A stretch of DNA of 27,311 nt from a virus (Duplodnaviria; Caudoviricetes): IMG/VR virus record IMGVR_UViG_3300031511_000004, positions 1-27,311 of that record, one strand, 5' to 3'. The notes under the pieces were generated by a model. That model was not told the DNA's origin, searched no databases, and was given only the letters and a program-made list of their open reading frames with translations. Numbering within the stretch: the first letter of the stretch is position 1; each line of letters begins with the position of its first letter. Position numbers and translations under genes: made by a program. Shown piece by piece: positions 1 to 8,842 of the stretch.

Positions 1-336
1 TACTATACGCTAAGTCACGGAGAATATGTAACTCAATCTCTACTAGCTGCAGCAGCAATTATTTTCATGAGTTGGAAAATTTTGGAAAAAATCTCGACTA
101 GTAAAGAATGTAAAGACTATAAAGGCAGAAGTAAAGGCTGGAAAATATGTGAGAAGGGCGTATTAATAAAGAAATACAAAACGCAACAAAATTTTATTAA
201 AAATAAAATGACGTTATGTAAAAATACAAAGAATCCAGATAAGTGTACGAAAAAACTTAATGATAAAATTTCTAAATTAGATACTAAAATAAAGAAACAA
301 GAAGTATCTATAAAAAATCTTAAGAAGAAAAGTTAG
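1..336 (+). CDS. 5'-truncated hypothetical protein: hydrophobic segment followed by Lys/Cys-rich helical region (possible virion/internal protein)
   Basis: Frame is open from base 1 (YYTLSHGEYVTQSLLAAAAIIF-MSWK...), so the ORF starts upstream of the window. It has four Cys (KECKD, KICEK, TLCKN, DKCTK) and an architecture like the next ORF. Confidence 0.7.
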   Translation, partial: YYTLSHGEYVTQSLLAAAAIIFMSWKILEKISTSKECKDYKGRSKGWKICEKGVLIKKYKTQQNFIKNKMTLCKNTKNPDKCTKKLNDKISKLDTKIKKQEVSIKNLKKKS

Positions 337-359
337 TGTTTATGGAGGAGTAAAAGATA

Positions 360-893
360 ATGGATAAACAATTAAGAATAATTGCTGGAGCGATAGTTAC
401 AGAATCAAAATTAAGCAAAGGTGCTAAAACACAACTACTTAATTTTATTCAAAATGAAGCTACTGATGTTCAAGTAAAAGCCCTTTTGTTAGATGGAAAA
501 ATAGTTACAAAAATTGATGAACAAACAGAAGGTATTATTAATGATAGATTTGAAGTTTCTGAAGCTGGTGGAAGAGTTGCAAAAATAAGAAAAACATATG
601 CTAGTCTTGCTGGTGCAGGGGCTGGACTAAACGCATTTTGGCTTGTGTATAGAACTATTAGATCACAATTTGATAAATGCACAAAAGCATGTGGGTCATA
701 TGAATTAAATACTTCAAGAAGACAACATTGTATGATTAAATGTAAAGTAGATAAGTATAAAGCTATGTTAGCTGCTGCTAAGAAAGCAGGAAATGCTAAA
801 GAAGCTTCTAAAGCAGAGAAAGGTTTAAGAAAAGCTACTGCTTTATTACAAAAATCTCAAAGTTCATTTTCAAAACGAGGAGCAAAAGAATAA
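360..893 (+). CDS. Hypothetical protein with N-terminal domain, Gly/Ala hydrophobic segment and basic Cys-containing C-terminus (possible processed head/internal protein)
   Basis: 177-aa ORF with GGAGGAG SD; contains ASLAGAGAGLNAFWLVY and CTKAC...CMIKC. Confidence 0.75.
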   Translation: MDKQLRIIAGAIVTESKLSKGAKTQLLNFIQNEATDVQVKALLLDGKIVTKIDEQTEGIINDRFEVSEAGGRVAKIRKTYASLAGAGAGLNAFWLVYRTIRSQFDKCTKACGSYELNTSRRQHCMIKCKVDKYKAMLAAAKKAGNAKEASKAEKGLRKATALLQKSQSSFSKRGAKE

Positions 894-908
894 AGAAAGG
901 AATCTGTA

Positions 909-1475
909 ATGGGTTATAGAAAAAGAATTGAAGCACTTTTAAAAGAAAATATGACAGATCAAAGTTTTTCTTTATGGCAAGGAATAGATAAAATGCTTCC
1001 CAACATATGGAATAAACCTACATCATCAACTGGAAAATACCATAGAAAAGCGAATGGAGAAGTAGCTACAATTGCTGAACATGTTTATGAAATGCTATAT
1101 GTAGCAGTTAAGCTATTTAGTATGTTAAATATAGTTAAAAAGACATCGGGCGCTGATAAAGTATTATTTGCTGTAGCATTGCATGACGCAATAAAATATG
1201 GTCAGATGGGTACAAGAAGACATACTGATAATAAACATGATAAAGAAGCTGGAGATATGATAGCTTCAAATCGAGAAACTTTTCTTAAATTGCTTACAGA
1301 AGATGAGTTTTATACACTAGAAGAATCTGTTAGATTTCATAGTGGTAGATGGAGTACTGATGCTCCTAAGAATAAAGAATTTACTTTTAGAGATTATAAA
1401 CCTGAAACACTGGTGCTCCATATGTTAGATATGTTAAGTACAAATGATCTAATTCAAACAGATGTGAGGGATTAA
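909..1475 (+). CDS. HD-domain metal-dependent phosphohydrolase
   Basis: H...HD...H...D pattern: EHVYEM, ALHDAIKYG, RFHSGRW, LHMLDM. Upstream PTSSTGKYH resembles the motif of YhaM-like HD domains. Confidence 0.85.
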   Translation: MGYRKRIEALLKENMTDQSFSLWQGIDKMLPNIWNKPTSSTGKYHRKANGEVATIAEHVYEMLYVAVKLFSMLNIVKKTSGADKVLFAVALHDAIKYGQMGTRRHTDNKHDKEAGDMIASNRETFLKLLTEDEFYTLEESVRFHSGRWSTDAPKNKEFTFRDYKPETLVLHMLDMLSTNDLIQTDVRD

Positions 1476-2101
1476 TGACATTAGCAAGTACAGCTTTAGT
1501 ACCAGAACTTCAGTACTATATAAATAATTTTGTAATTTCATCCGTCGTTAATAAATATGAAGTTCCTGTACCAGTTACTGTAGATGAAATTTTTTTAACA
1601 CCTGGAACTGTTGTAGAGTTATTATTTGCTGATACTTTTTCATCTAGTACTTATACATATTTATATAAGGAAGAAGATAGAGCATCTTGGCCAGTATTAA
1701 CCAGACAACGTTTAATGCTTTATCCTTCATCAAAATATTATATTCCATCGACTACAGGCGGAAATATTTTTAATTTACAAGGACATGACTTTATATTATT
1801 AGATTCTTTACTTAAATATAGACAAGATTCAACATCATTGACTATAGTTGATTCAACATCTGTATCATTTGTTGATTCCATACCAGCGATTTTATATGCG
1901 AATTTTGAGACATTAAATACTCCATTATCGAAGTTAATTTATTTATATTTACAATTGAAGATTTATAATAACTATAGCAATTACAACAATTTAAATTTGA
2001 TTACAACCGGAACTCTACTTGAAACTTGTTTTGAACTAAAATTAGTTGACGAGTTTTTTACGTTTATGACAGATAGAGAAGTGTCATTTGAGATCTGTTA
2101 A
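1475..2101 (+). CDS. Hypothetical protein, probably a virion/baseplate component
   Basis: 208-aa ORF coupled to the HD gene (TAATG overlap), directly upstream of the large baseplate gene; DSTS motifs shared with other structural proteins. Confidence 0.65.
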   Translation: MTLASTALVPELQYYINNFVISSVVNKYEVPVPVTVDEIFLTPGTVVELLFADTFSSSTYTYLYKEEDRASWPVLTRQRLMLYPSSKYYIPSTTGGNIFNLQGHDFILLDSLLKYRQDSTSLTIVDSTSVSFVDSIPAILYANFETLNTPLSKLIYLYLQLKIYNNYSNYNNLNLITTGTLLETCFELKLVDEFFTFMTDREVSFEIC

Positions 2102-2110
2102 GGAGATTAA

Positions 2111-5100
2111 ATGTCTAACATAGATTCTTTTTGGGAAATCTTTAATGCAATCAGTACGGGCAGCGGTAATATTACAGATGCATTAGATTCCCTAGCAAAA
2201 TCAGATAAAGCAAAACTAGAGAATTTCTTTAGTAGTGTTGTGGATCAATCGTCATTTGATACTACTGATTGGGATCGTTTAAGAAAATTTCTTATTGATC
2301 TTTATGCTTCTCATAGAACATTTGCAACTTCATCTATTCATGCTTCAGATCCTCACTCTTTATCAAATTCTGATCTTGATGAACTTTTTAGAAGTTTTGG
2401 TTTTCCGTACTCAACATCACTTCATGGTTTTGATGAAAACCCTCTAGAACAAAAAATTCAGTTTTTTTTAGATCTTGTAAATCTATATAAAGTAAAAGGC
2501 ACACCACAATCTATCTATGATGTTTTAAATTACTATGGATTAACATCATTAGATATCTATGAGTTTTTTCTAGAACTTAAATCTGCAACATCACTTCAAT
2601 TCAAAGGAACAGCAGTTACAGGATCTTCAATTACACCAAACAGAATTATTCTTCCGTTTGAAAATTTAACAGCATCTGATCCGCACTGGTTATATACTGC
2701 TCAACAAATTTTACAACTAAACAATATCAATAAAATTAATCTTCCATCTAAAACTCCTTATTTGGCTATTCAACCTATAATTGATATTGATGGTCCTGAG
2801 ATATCAATTTTAGCAAGAGCAGTTCAAGACCAATATGATTATTATACAACATATGCAACTACTCCTATAGCAAATGCTGATATTTCAGTTGTTGGAGAAA
2901 CAAGAAGTTTATTAGAATTATATCTATCAACAATATATGTATTTAATAAATTATATTCTGTTGGTGTTGTAGCAGACAGATTTAAATGCTATGATGGAAC
3001 TAATACAAATGCTATTGATATAGTTTCAGAATATAATTCAATAACAACACAACCAACAAGTAGAAGTAATTTAATAACTAAATATGACCAGTATATAAAT
3101 AATTTCTCAAGATTAACTTCAACTAACTTTTTACAAAATTCTAGTGATGCTGGTACATATCTACAACAAATAGCTCCAGACATTAAAGCTGATTTAGATA
3201 GTTCTGGAGATTTAGAAGATGTTTTATCTTCGCTGCTTAGAGATTTATCAACGTGGGTAAGAACTAATTTTGGTCTTGGTTTTGTAAATTTTAGTTTTAT
3301 TCTATTTGGTATTCAAGCGTTCTTTGAAGATATAAAACAAGTTATAGATTTTTTTAAACCATATAGAGCAAGGATCGTTTTATTAGAATCATTACGAATA
3401 TCTGATAGACTATTAAACTCAATTGTAGTAGAAGACAAGGTTTCATATGATGCAGATATTAATGTATATGATTTTGTAACTGGCGATAGCACCCCTTGCT
3501 GCAGCTCTGATACACCTGTAGATGCTACTTCTATAATTCAATGCGAAAACTCTACAAAATGTACAAGACATTATTTGGAGAATCCATCCTCAATCAGATT
3601 TAGAGGTTTTTGGAAGCTTGGAGAGTATTATGAACTTAATGATGTAATACCTGACAAAGATAATAATCAATATATTTGTACATCAGCACATTATGCTCTT
3701 ACTACAACAAAACCGCCTACAGGTATAAGCTATGCAAATTATTGGGATAAACTTAGTGAGATAGTTTGCCAAGATAATACAAGTGCTACGTATTATTCAC
3801 GAGATACATTTGATTGCGGTTCTAATTTTGACTATGGCGCAGTAGTAAATGAAACAACTGAGATTTATCAAGAAGATACTATTTATGACCATATGAGATG
3901 CCCAAGTGATAGTAGCGCATTTGTCGTTTCTCAATTAAATGATTATAGTTATAACACAAATACAAAACATATTCCATATTCTTCTCCTCTAGATCCTAAT
4001 TCAACATCGTTTACAATATTATTTGATAGAACTATTGATTCTACAAATTATATTCCTTTTGTAAGTATACGAAATGAATCTGGAAGCGGTGCATCCTTTG
4101 CATCAATAGTTACTAATAAACGAACTACAAGTTTTGATGTTCTTCTATCAGGAAAAATTGAATCAGATCGATATTATGCAGATTGGGCTATTGATTCAAC
4201 TGGAATTACTGGAGTATATAATTTATCTGCTGGAGACTCTACAGCAATAGTATTACTCACAAGCGATTGTACATCAACAGACTATGCAATAGCATTAACT
4301 TTATCAAACTATGTTGATACTATTCCTTCTCTATTTTTGTTTGATATTATTGATAAGAAGCCAGGTTATTTTATAGTTAGATTCTCTGAACCTATGGATT
4401 CTGATAACTATAATATTGAGTGGAGTGTTTGTGATTCAAAAGGAACTCATGGTAAATATGATCTTCCACTTGGAGTATCAGAAGTAACTATTCCCGTTAC
4501 TACAGTTTATAGTAATAAACAGTATCCAATATTTGTATCTGTTCAATCTCCTGGAACTATAATCTCTGAAGGCGGAGGCGGAGACGGAGGCGATTCTCCA
4601 GGAAGCTCAGGAATAGATAGAGGTATTTTTGGTGGTGGACGAAATGGCAGTTCTGTTAATGTTACTACAATCCAATATGTAACTATTTCGACTATAGGAA
4701 ATACTACTAATTTTGGTGATTTAACTAATCCAAGAACTTATGGAGCAGCAACTTCAAATGGTAATAATGAGCGAGGTGTTTTTGCTGGAGGAACTACATC
4801 TAATGCTACTATTGATTATATAACAATAAATACTCCAGGTAATGCTTCTTCATTTGGAAATCTGTCAGTTGGAAGATATTTATTTTCAGGATTGTCAAAC
4901 CCTAATATTGATCGAGGAATTTTTGGTGGTGGAACTTCCGGAGGCGCTAGTGATGTTATAGATTATATTGGCATTTCTACATTAGGAAATGCTTTAGATT
5001 TTGGAAATTTAACTTTTGCAAGATTTGGATTGGCTGCAACATCAAATAATTCTAATGATCGAGGAGTTTTTGCCGGAGGATATATTTCGGGTTATACAAA

Positions 5101-6805
5101 TGTTATTGATTATATTACTATAAGTTCACCAGGTAATGCTACTGATTTTGGAGATCTAAGTATAATTAGAGGTGATGTTTCTGGAACATCTAATGGAACA
5201 AACGAGCGAGGAGTTTTTGCTGGAGGAACTATTAATCCACCACCAACAAGGACTAATACTATTGATTATATAACAATTAACACTACTGGAAATGCTTCTA
5301 ATTTTGGAGATTTATCAGCAGATAAAGGTGCAACTGGAGCAACTTCAAATGGTACTAACGATAGAGGAATAGTTGGTGGTGGTATTATTGGTCTTACTAC
5401 TTCTACTAATGTAATTGACTATGTTACAATTTCTTCTACTGGTAATGCTAATGATTTTGGAGATCTAGACGATACACTTGCAGGATTATTAGCAACATCT
5501 GATGCTGGTGCTGTCTCTGGAGGAGGTGGTGAAAGTTCAGGAGATACAGGATTATTTGCTGGAGGTAGTAGTGGTGGTGCTATAAATAATATTGAATATG
5601 TAACAATTTCAACAGTAGGAAATTCTGCAGATTTTGGAGATTTGACACTAGCCAGACTATATTTATCAGGAGCATCAAACTCTAATAATGAACGAGGAAC
5701 ATTTGCTGGAGGATATTCAAGCATTTCTACAATAGATTATGTAACTATAAATACTCCTGGTAATGCGTCTATTTTTGGAACGCTTACAGCAGGAAGATTT
5801 AACTTTGCTGGAACATCAAATGGAACTAATGAAAGAGGAGTTTTTGGTGGAGGTGCTTCAGGTGCAGGTACATATACATTTTATAATATTATTGATTATA
5901 TTACTATTAGTACAACATCAGCTGCTTCTAATTTTGGTGATTTAACAGTTGCAAAACCTTCTCTTCGTGGAACATCAAATGGAACTAATGAAAGAGGAGT
6001 TTTTGGTGGGGGTGCTATTAGCTTTGTAACGTTCATAAATGTAATTGAGTATATTACAATTAATACATTGGGAAATGCTAATGATTTTGGTGATCTTACT
6101 GTTAGTAGAGCTAATTTAGCAGCTACATCAAATGCTACTGATGAACGAGCTATTTTTGGTGGTGGTGTTATTAATACTGCTCCAATAAGAACTAATATTA
6201 TTGATTATGTAACAATAAATACTACAGGCAATGCTAGTAATTTTGGAAATTTATCAACTGATAAAGAAATCTTAGCTTCAACTTCAAACGGAACGGACCA
6301 AAGGGGTTTGTTTGCTGGTGGGCTTGGTTCTGCAGGAACATCAGATGGAATTGAATATGTTACAATAAATTCACCTAGTAGTTCTACTAGTTTTGGAGTT
6401 TTAACACAAGCTGTACTTGGTTTAACTGGAACCTCAGATGGTCCAGCATACTCAACTGGAGGAGGTGGCGGTGTTCCAACTTCTACACCTACATCATTAT
6501 ATTCACATTTGATAACTTCAAAAACTATAGATTCAATAACTGTTGAATTATCAGGAGCTACAGATTCAACAAGTTATTCACTGCTATGGTTTTCACCTAA
6601 ACTTGAATTTGAAGTAAAAGAAGTATTTAGTATGGATTATTGGCAATCCGGTGGTTTTAGAGATTTTGATGAAGAAGGAACATTCGATTGTACACATGGT
6701 TTTGATCTAGTATTTATAACAGTTGAAGAAGCTCTACTAAGCTACTTGTTACTTGAAAATAACGATCATTTACTACAAGAAAATGGAAGTGGAATCTTAC
6801 TATAA
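2111..6805 (+). CDS. Large baseplate wedge/tail protein with inserted adhesin modules (CBM-like domain, three ~80-aa beta repeats, double beta-propeller)
   Basis: LYKVKGTPQSIYDVLNYYG matches the KGT motif of tail protein I/gp7-like wedge proteins, with IDFFKPY further on. RGFWKLGEYYELNDVI...YICTSAH is CBM5/12-like. 12 Kelch-like repeats. C-terminal LLLENNDHLLQENG is typical of phage tail proteins. AAGGAG SD. Confidence 0.75.
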   Translation: MSNIDSFWEIFNAISTGSGNITDALDSLAKSDKAKLENFFSSVVDQSSFDTTDWDRLRKFLIDLYASHRTFATSSIHASDPHSLSNSDLDELFRSFGFPYSTSLHGFDENPLEQKIQFFLDLVNLYKVKGTPQSIYDVLNYYGLTSLDIYEFFLELKSATSLQFKGTAVTGSSITPNRIILPFENLTASDPHWLYTAQQILQLNNINKINLPSKTPYLAIQPIIDIDGPEISILARAVQDQYDYYTTYATTPIANADISVVGETRSLLELYLSTIYVFNKLYSVGVVADRFKCYDGTNTNAIDIVSEYNSITTQPTSRSNLITKYDQYINNFSRLTSTNFLQNSSDAGTYLQQIAPDIKADLDSSGDLEDVLSSLLRDLSTWVRTNFGLGFVNFSFILFGIQAFFEDIKQVIDFFKPYRARIVLLESLRISDRLLNSIVVEDKVSYDADINVYDFVTGDSTPCCSSDTPVDATSIIQCENSTKCTRHYLENPSSIRFRGFWKLGEYYELNDVIPDKDNNQYICTSAHYALTTTKPPTGISYANYWDKLSEIVCQDNTSATYYSRDTFDCGSNFDYGAVVNETTEIYQEDTIYDHMRCPSDSSAFVVSQLNDYSYNTNTKHIPYSSPLDPNSTSFTILFDRTIDSTNYIPFVSIRNESGSGASFASIVTNKRTTSFDVLLSGKIESDRYYADWAIDSTGITGVYNLSAGDSTAIVLLTSDCTSTDYAIALTLSNYVDTIPSLFLFDIIDKKPGYFIVRFSEPMDSDNYNIEWSVCDSKGTHGKYDLPLGVSEVTIPVTTVYSNKQYPIFVSVQSPGTIISEGGGGDGGDSPGSSGIDRGIFGGGRNGSSVNVTTIQYVTISTIGNTTNFGDLTNPRTYGAATSNGNNERGVFAGGTTSNATIDYITINTPGNASSFGNLSVGRYLFSGLSNPNIDRGIFGGGTSGGASDVIDYIGISTLGNALDFGNLTFARFGLAATSNNSNDRGVFAGGYISGYTNVIDYITISSPGNATDFGDLSIIRGDVSGTSNGTNERGVFAGGTINPPPTRTNTIDYITINTTGNASNFGDLSADKGATGATSNGTNDRGIVGGGIIGLTTSTNVIDYVTISSTGNANDFGDLDDTLAGLLATSDAGAVSGGGGESSGDTGLFAGGSSGGAINNIEYVTISTVGNSADFGDLTLARLYLSGASNSNNERGTFAGGYSSISTIDYVTINTPGNASIFGTLTAGRFNFAGTSNGTNERGVFGGGASGAGTYTFYNIIDYITISTTSAASNFGDLTVAKPSLRGTSNGTNERGVFGGGAISFVTFINVIEYITINTLGNANDFGDLTVSRANLAATSNATDERAIFGGGVINTAPIRTNIIDYVTINTTGNASNFGNLSTDKEILASTSNGTDQRGLFAGGLGSAGTSDGIEYVTINSPSSSTSFGVLTQAVLGLTGTSDGPAYSTGGGGGVPTSTPTSLYSHLITSKTIDSITVELSGATDSTSYSLLWFSPKLEFEVKEVFSMDYWQSGGFRDFDEEGTFDCTHGFDLVFITVEEALLSYLLLENNDHLLQENGSGILL
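3962..6589 (+). repeat. Three ~80-aa beta-rich repeats; the third is split by the propeller block
   Basis: R1 ...NYIPFVSI...IVTNKRTTSFDVLLSGKIESDRYYADW; R2 ...DYAIALTL...IIDKKPGYFIVRFSEPMDSDNYNIEW; R3 ...QYPIFVSV [insert] ...LITSKTIDSITVELSGATDSTSYSLLW. Confidence 0.7.
4610..6445 (+). repeat. 12 x ~47-53-aa Kelch-like repeats forming two six-bladed beta-propellers
   Basis: Consensus RGxFxGG-x(5-12)-IDYITIxTxGNAxxFGDL-x(8-10)-TSNG. Two blocks of six are separated by VSGGGGESS and flanked by poly-Gly linkers. Confidence 0.9.
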
Positions 6806-6883
6806 CTAAATATCCTTCCTAGTGTATTTCTATTTTTTTTAGATTAATTCCCACTATTTATCTCAGTAGTTTTCCATATTATA

Positions 6884-6901
6884 TAGAACAAAATATAAAT
6901 T
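6884..6901 (+). promoter_or_regulatory. Putative phage (late) promoter TAGAACAAAATATAAATT
   Basis: Identical 18-mer at 8921-8938 and a near-identical copy at 15157-15173. All are intergenic, 23-27 nt upstream of a start codon, with a TATAAAT core. Confidence 0.75.
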
Positions 6902-6924
6902 TATAGTAGGAGGATATAATTTAT

Positions 6925-7842
6925 ATGTCACAATACAAGGAAGAGATAATAAAGCTTGCTGATACCACATTATTAACCAATAAACAAATTGCTAAAGTTG
7001 TTGGTTGTGGTGAAAAAACAGTATATAAATATGCTGGAAGTTTTGCAAGTAGATGTGAGAAAAAGTCTTCTATGAATGATAAATTATATGAAATCCAAAA
7101 AACAGTTCTCCTTCCAGATATACACTATCCACATATTGATCCCAAAGTTATGGAATCAGTCAACCAATTTATTTTTGAATATGAACCACATGAACTAGTC
7201 TATATGGGAGACCAAATGTCATTGGACTGTATTTCTGGATGGAACAAAAGAAAACCATTATTAAAAGAAGGGCAAAGGTTAGTAAATGATTATGAAACTT
7301 TTGACAGAGATATTTTAAGAGTACATGAAACTCTTACAGCAGATGACACAAGAAGAACATTTTTAATTGGAAATCATGAAGAAAGAGTTAACTGGTATAT
7401 TCAAGAACATCCAGAACTTGAACAACTTATAGATATTGATAGAAACTTGAACTTAACAGAACGAGGATATAATATTATTCCATTCAATCAAATATATAAA
7501 CTTGGAAAATTAAGTGTTATCCATGGATACTACTGGAATAAATATCACGCTGCAAAAACTTTAGAATCATTTGAAGGTAACGTAGTTTATGCTCACGTTC
7601 ACAATCCTCAAATATATTCAAAAGTTTCTCCAGTAGATAGACGTGGGTATCATATGGCAGCTTGTCTTGGTTGTTTATGTAACATAAAGCCAGATTATAA
7701 AAAAGGATTACCTAACTTTTGGGTAAATCAATTTGGTGTTGTAGAATGGTTGCCAGCAACTGGTTATTTTAATCTTACTCCAATAACCATAATTGATGGT
7801 ACATTTATGTGGAATGGAACTTATTATGGTAAAAATTTATAA
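6925..7842 (+). CDS. Calcineurin-like metallophosphoesterase with N-terminal helix-turn-helix
   Basis: Motifs PDIH, MGDQ, GNHE, IHG and AHVH; N-terminal LTNKQIAKVVGCGEKTVYKY HTH; AGGAGG SD. Confidence 0.88.
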   Translation: MSQYKEEIIKLADTTLLTNKQIAKVVGCGEKTVYKYAGSFASRCEKKSSMNDKLYEIQKTVLLPDIHYPHIDPKVMESVNQFIFEYEPHELVYMGDQMSLDCISGWNKRKPLLKEGQRLVNDYETFDRDILRVHETLTADDTRRTFLIGNHEERVNWYIQEHPELEQLIDIDRNLNLTERGYNIIPFNQIYKLGKLSVIHGYYWNKYHAAKTLESFEGNVVYAHVHNPQIYSKVSPVDRRGYHMAACLGCLCNIKPDYKKGLPNFWVNQFGVVEWLPATGYFNLTPITIIDGTFMWNGTYYGKNL

Positions 7843-7846
7843 TCTG

Positions 7847-7870
7847 TATAAATAACTAGAACATATATAT
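7847..7870 (+). promoter_or_regulatory. Possible promoter (TATAAATA plus a TAGAACATATATAT variant of the shared motif)
   Basis: TATAAATA at 7847-7854 and TAGAACA-TATATAT at 7857-7870, intergenic. Confidence 0.45.
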
Positions 7871-7873
7871 GAG

Positions 7874-7947
7874 AATTGCCTACATGATAATACTCAAATG
7901 GGTTTAAAAAATAACTTAGGCTTCTAACCCATTGGCCTATAAGGAGG
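7874..7947 (+). promoter_or_regulatory. Structured 5' leader (putative pseudoknot adjoining the SD)
   Basis: AATGGGTT 7897-7904 is complementary to AACCCATT 7926-7933; TAGGC 7917-7921 is complementary to GCCTA 7935-7939; SD AAGGAGG at 7941-7947. Confidence 0.45.
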
Positions 7948-7954
7948 AAGTATC

Positions 7955-8815
7955 ATGACTTATAAAGATAATTTCGTTGTCGAAGTAAAATGTAGGGGGA
8001 AAATCCTACGAATAAAAGAAGACACAGTATCCCTTCCGTTTGGTAGTGAATACTCACTACTTTTAAAGAACTTAGATTCTAGACGTGCCTCAGTAAAAAT
8101 TCACATTGATGGTCAAGACATTCTTGACTACAGTTCGTTAATTCTTAATGGAAATTCTAGTACAGAATTAGAAGGATTTTTAAGTGGAAACGTTGCTAAA
8201 AATAAATTTAAGTTTATTAATAAAACAAAAGAGATTCAAGATCATCGAGGTGATAAATTAGATGATGGCTTAATTAGAGTTGAATTTGCTTTTGAAAAAC
8301 CGTTTCCAGAAGTAAAAAAACAAATCATAAATGAAGAACATCACCATCACCATCACCATCACGAGCATCATGAATTTACACCAATATATCATTGGTGGCC
8401 ACAATGGACATATAATAGTAATATTAGTAGCGATGGAACTAAAAAATGTATGAACGATTATACTCTTTCTAATTCTAGTGGAGACGTTATTGGATCATCA
8501 ATGAAAGATGAACCAACTGCTAGGTGTTTTAATGTTCAAGAAGAATCTCTTGGGGTTCAATCTCTTGGACAACCATTGGATGATGAAGGAATAACAGTAA
8601 AAGGTTCTGAATGTAACCAGCAATTTATGTATGGTTCAGTAGGTGAATTAGAACAATCTAAAGTTATTGTTATTAAAATGAAAGGCATTACTAATTCTGG
8701 TACAGTAGTTCAAGATCCAGTTACAGTTTCAACTAAACTCGAATGTCCTTCATGTGGACGAAGATCAAAATCATCAGCAAAATTTTGCTCAAATTGTGGA
8801 ACATTTTTAGAGTAA
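7955..8815 (+). CDS. Hypothetical protein with His-rich tract and C-terminal zinc ribbon
   Basis: HHHHHHHHEHH at 8339-8371; C-terminal CPSC-x10-CSNC; strong SD. Confidence 0.85.
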   Translation: MTYKDNFVVEVKCRGKILRIKEDTVSLPFGSEYSLLLKNLDSRRASVKIHIDGQDILDYSSLILNGNSSTELEGFLSGNVAKNKFKFINKTKEIQDHRGDKLDDGLIRVEFAFEKPFPEVKKQIINEEHHHHHHHHEHHEFTPIYHWWPQWTYNSNISSDGTKKCMNDYTLSNSSGDVIGSSMKDEPTARCFNVQEESLGVQSLGQPLDDEGITVKGSECNQQFMYGSVGELEQSKVIVIKMKGITNSGTVVQDPVTVSTKLECPSCGRRSKSSAKFCSNCGTFLE

Positions 8816-8842
8816 TTTAAAAAAAATTATGTAGGTAATTGC

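Noticed and set aside
4610-6445. Propeller repeats as a CRISPR array or DGR template/variable repeats
   Set aside because: The repeats are in-frame, degenerate at synonymous sites and protein-coding. No adenine-specific mismatch pattern is evident, and there is no reverse transcriptase or cas gene in the window.
8339-8371. Poly-His as a cloning tag or vector contamination
   Set aside because: It is internal to a native-looking ORF, continues as EHHEF, and has no vector or linker sequence nearby.
7874-8840. Flanking inverted repeat as the terminal repeats of an IS or a retron
   Set aside because: The enclosed ORF has no transposase or reverse transcriptase motifs, no target-site duplication is seen, and the mismatches are G-U compatible, which favours RNA pairing.
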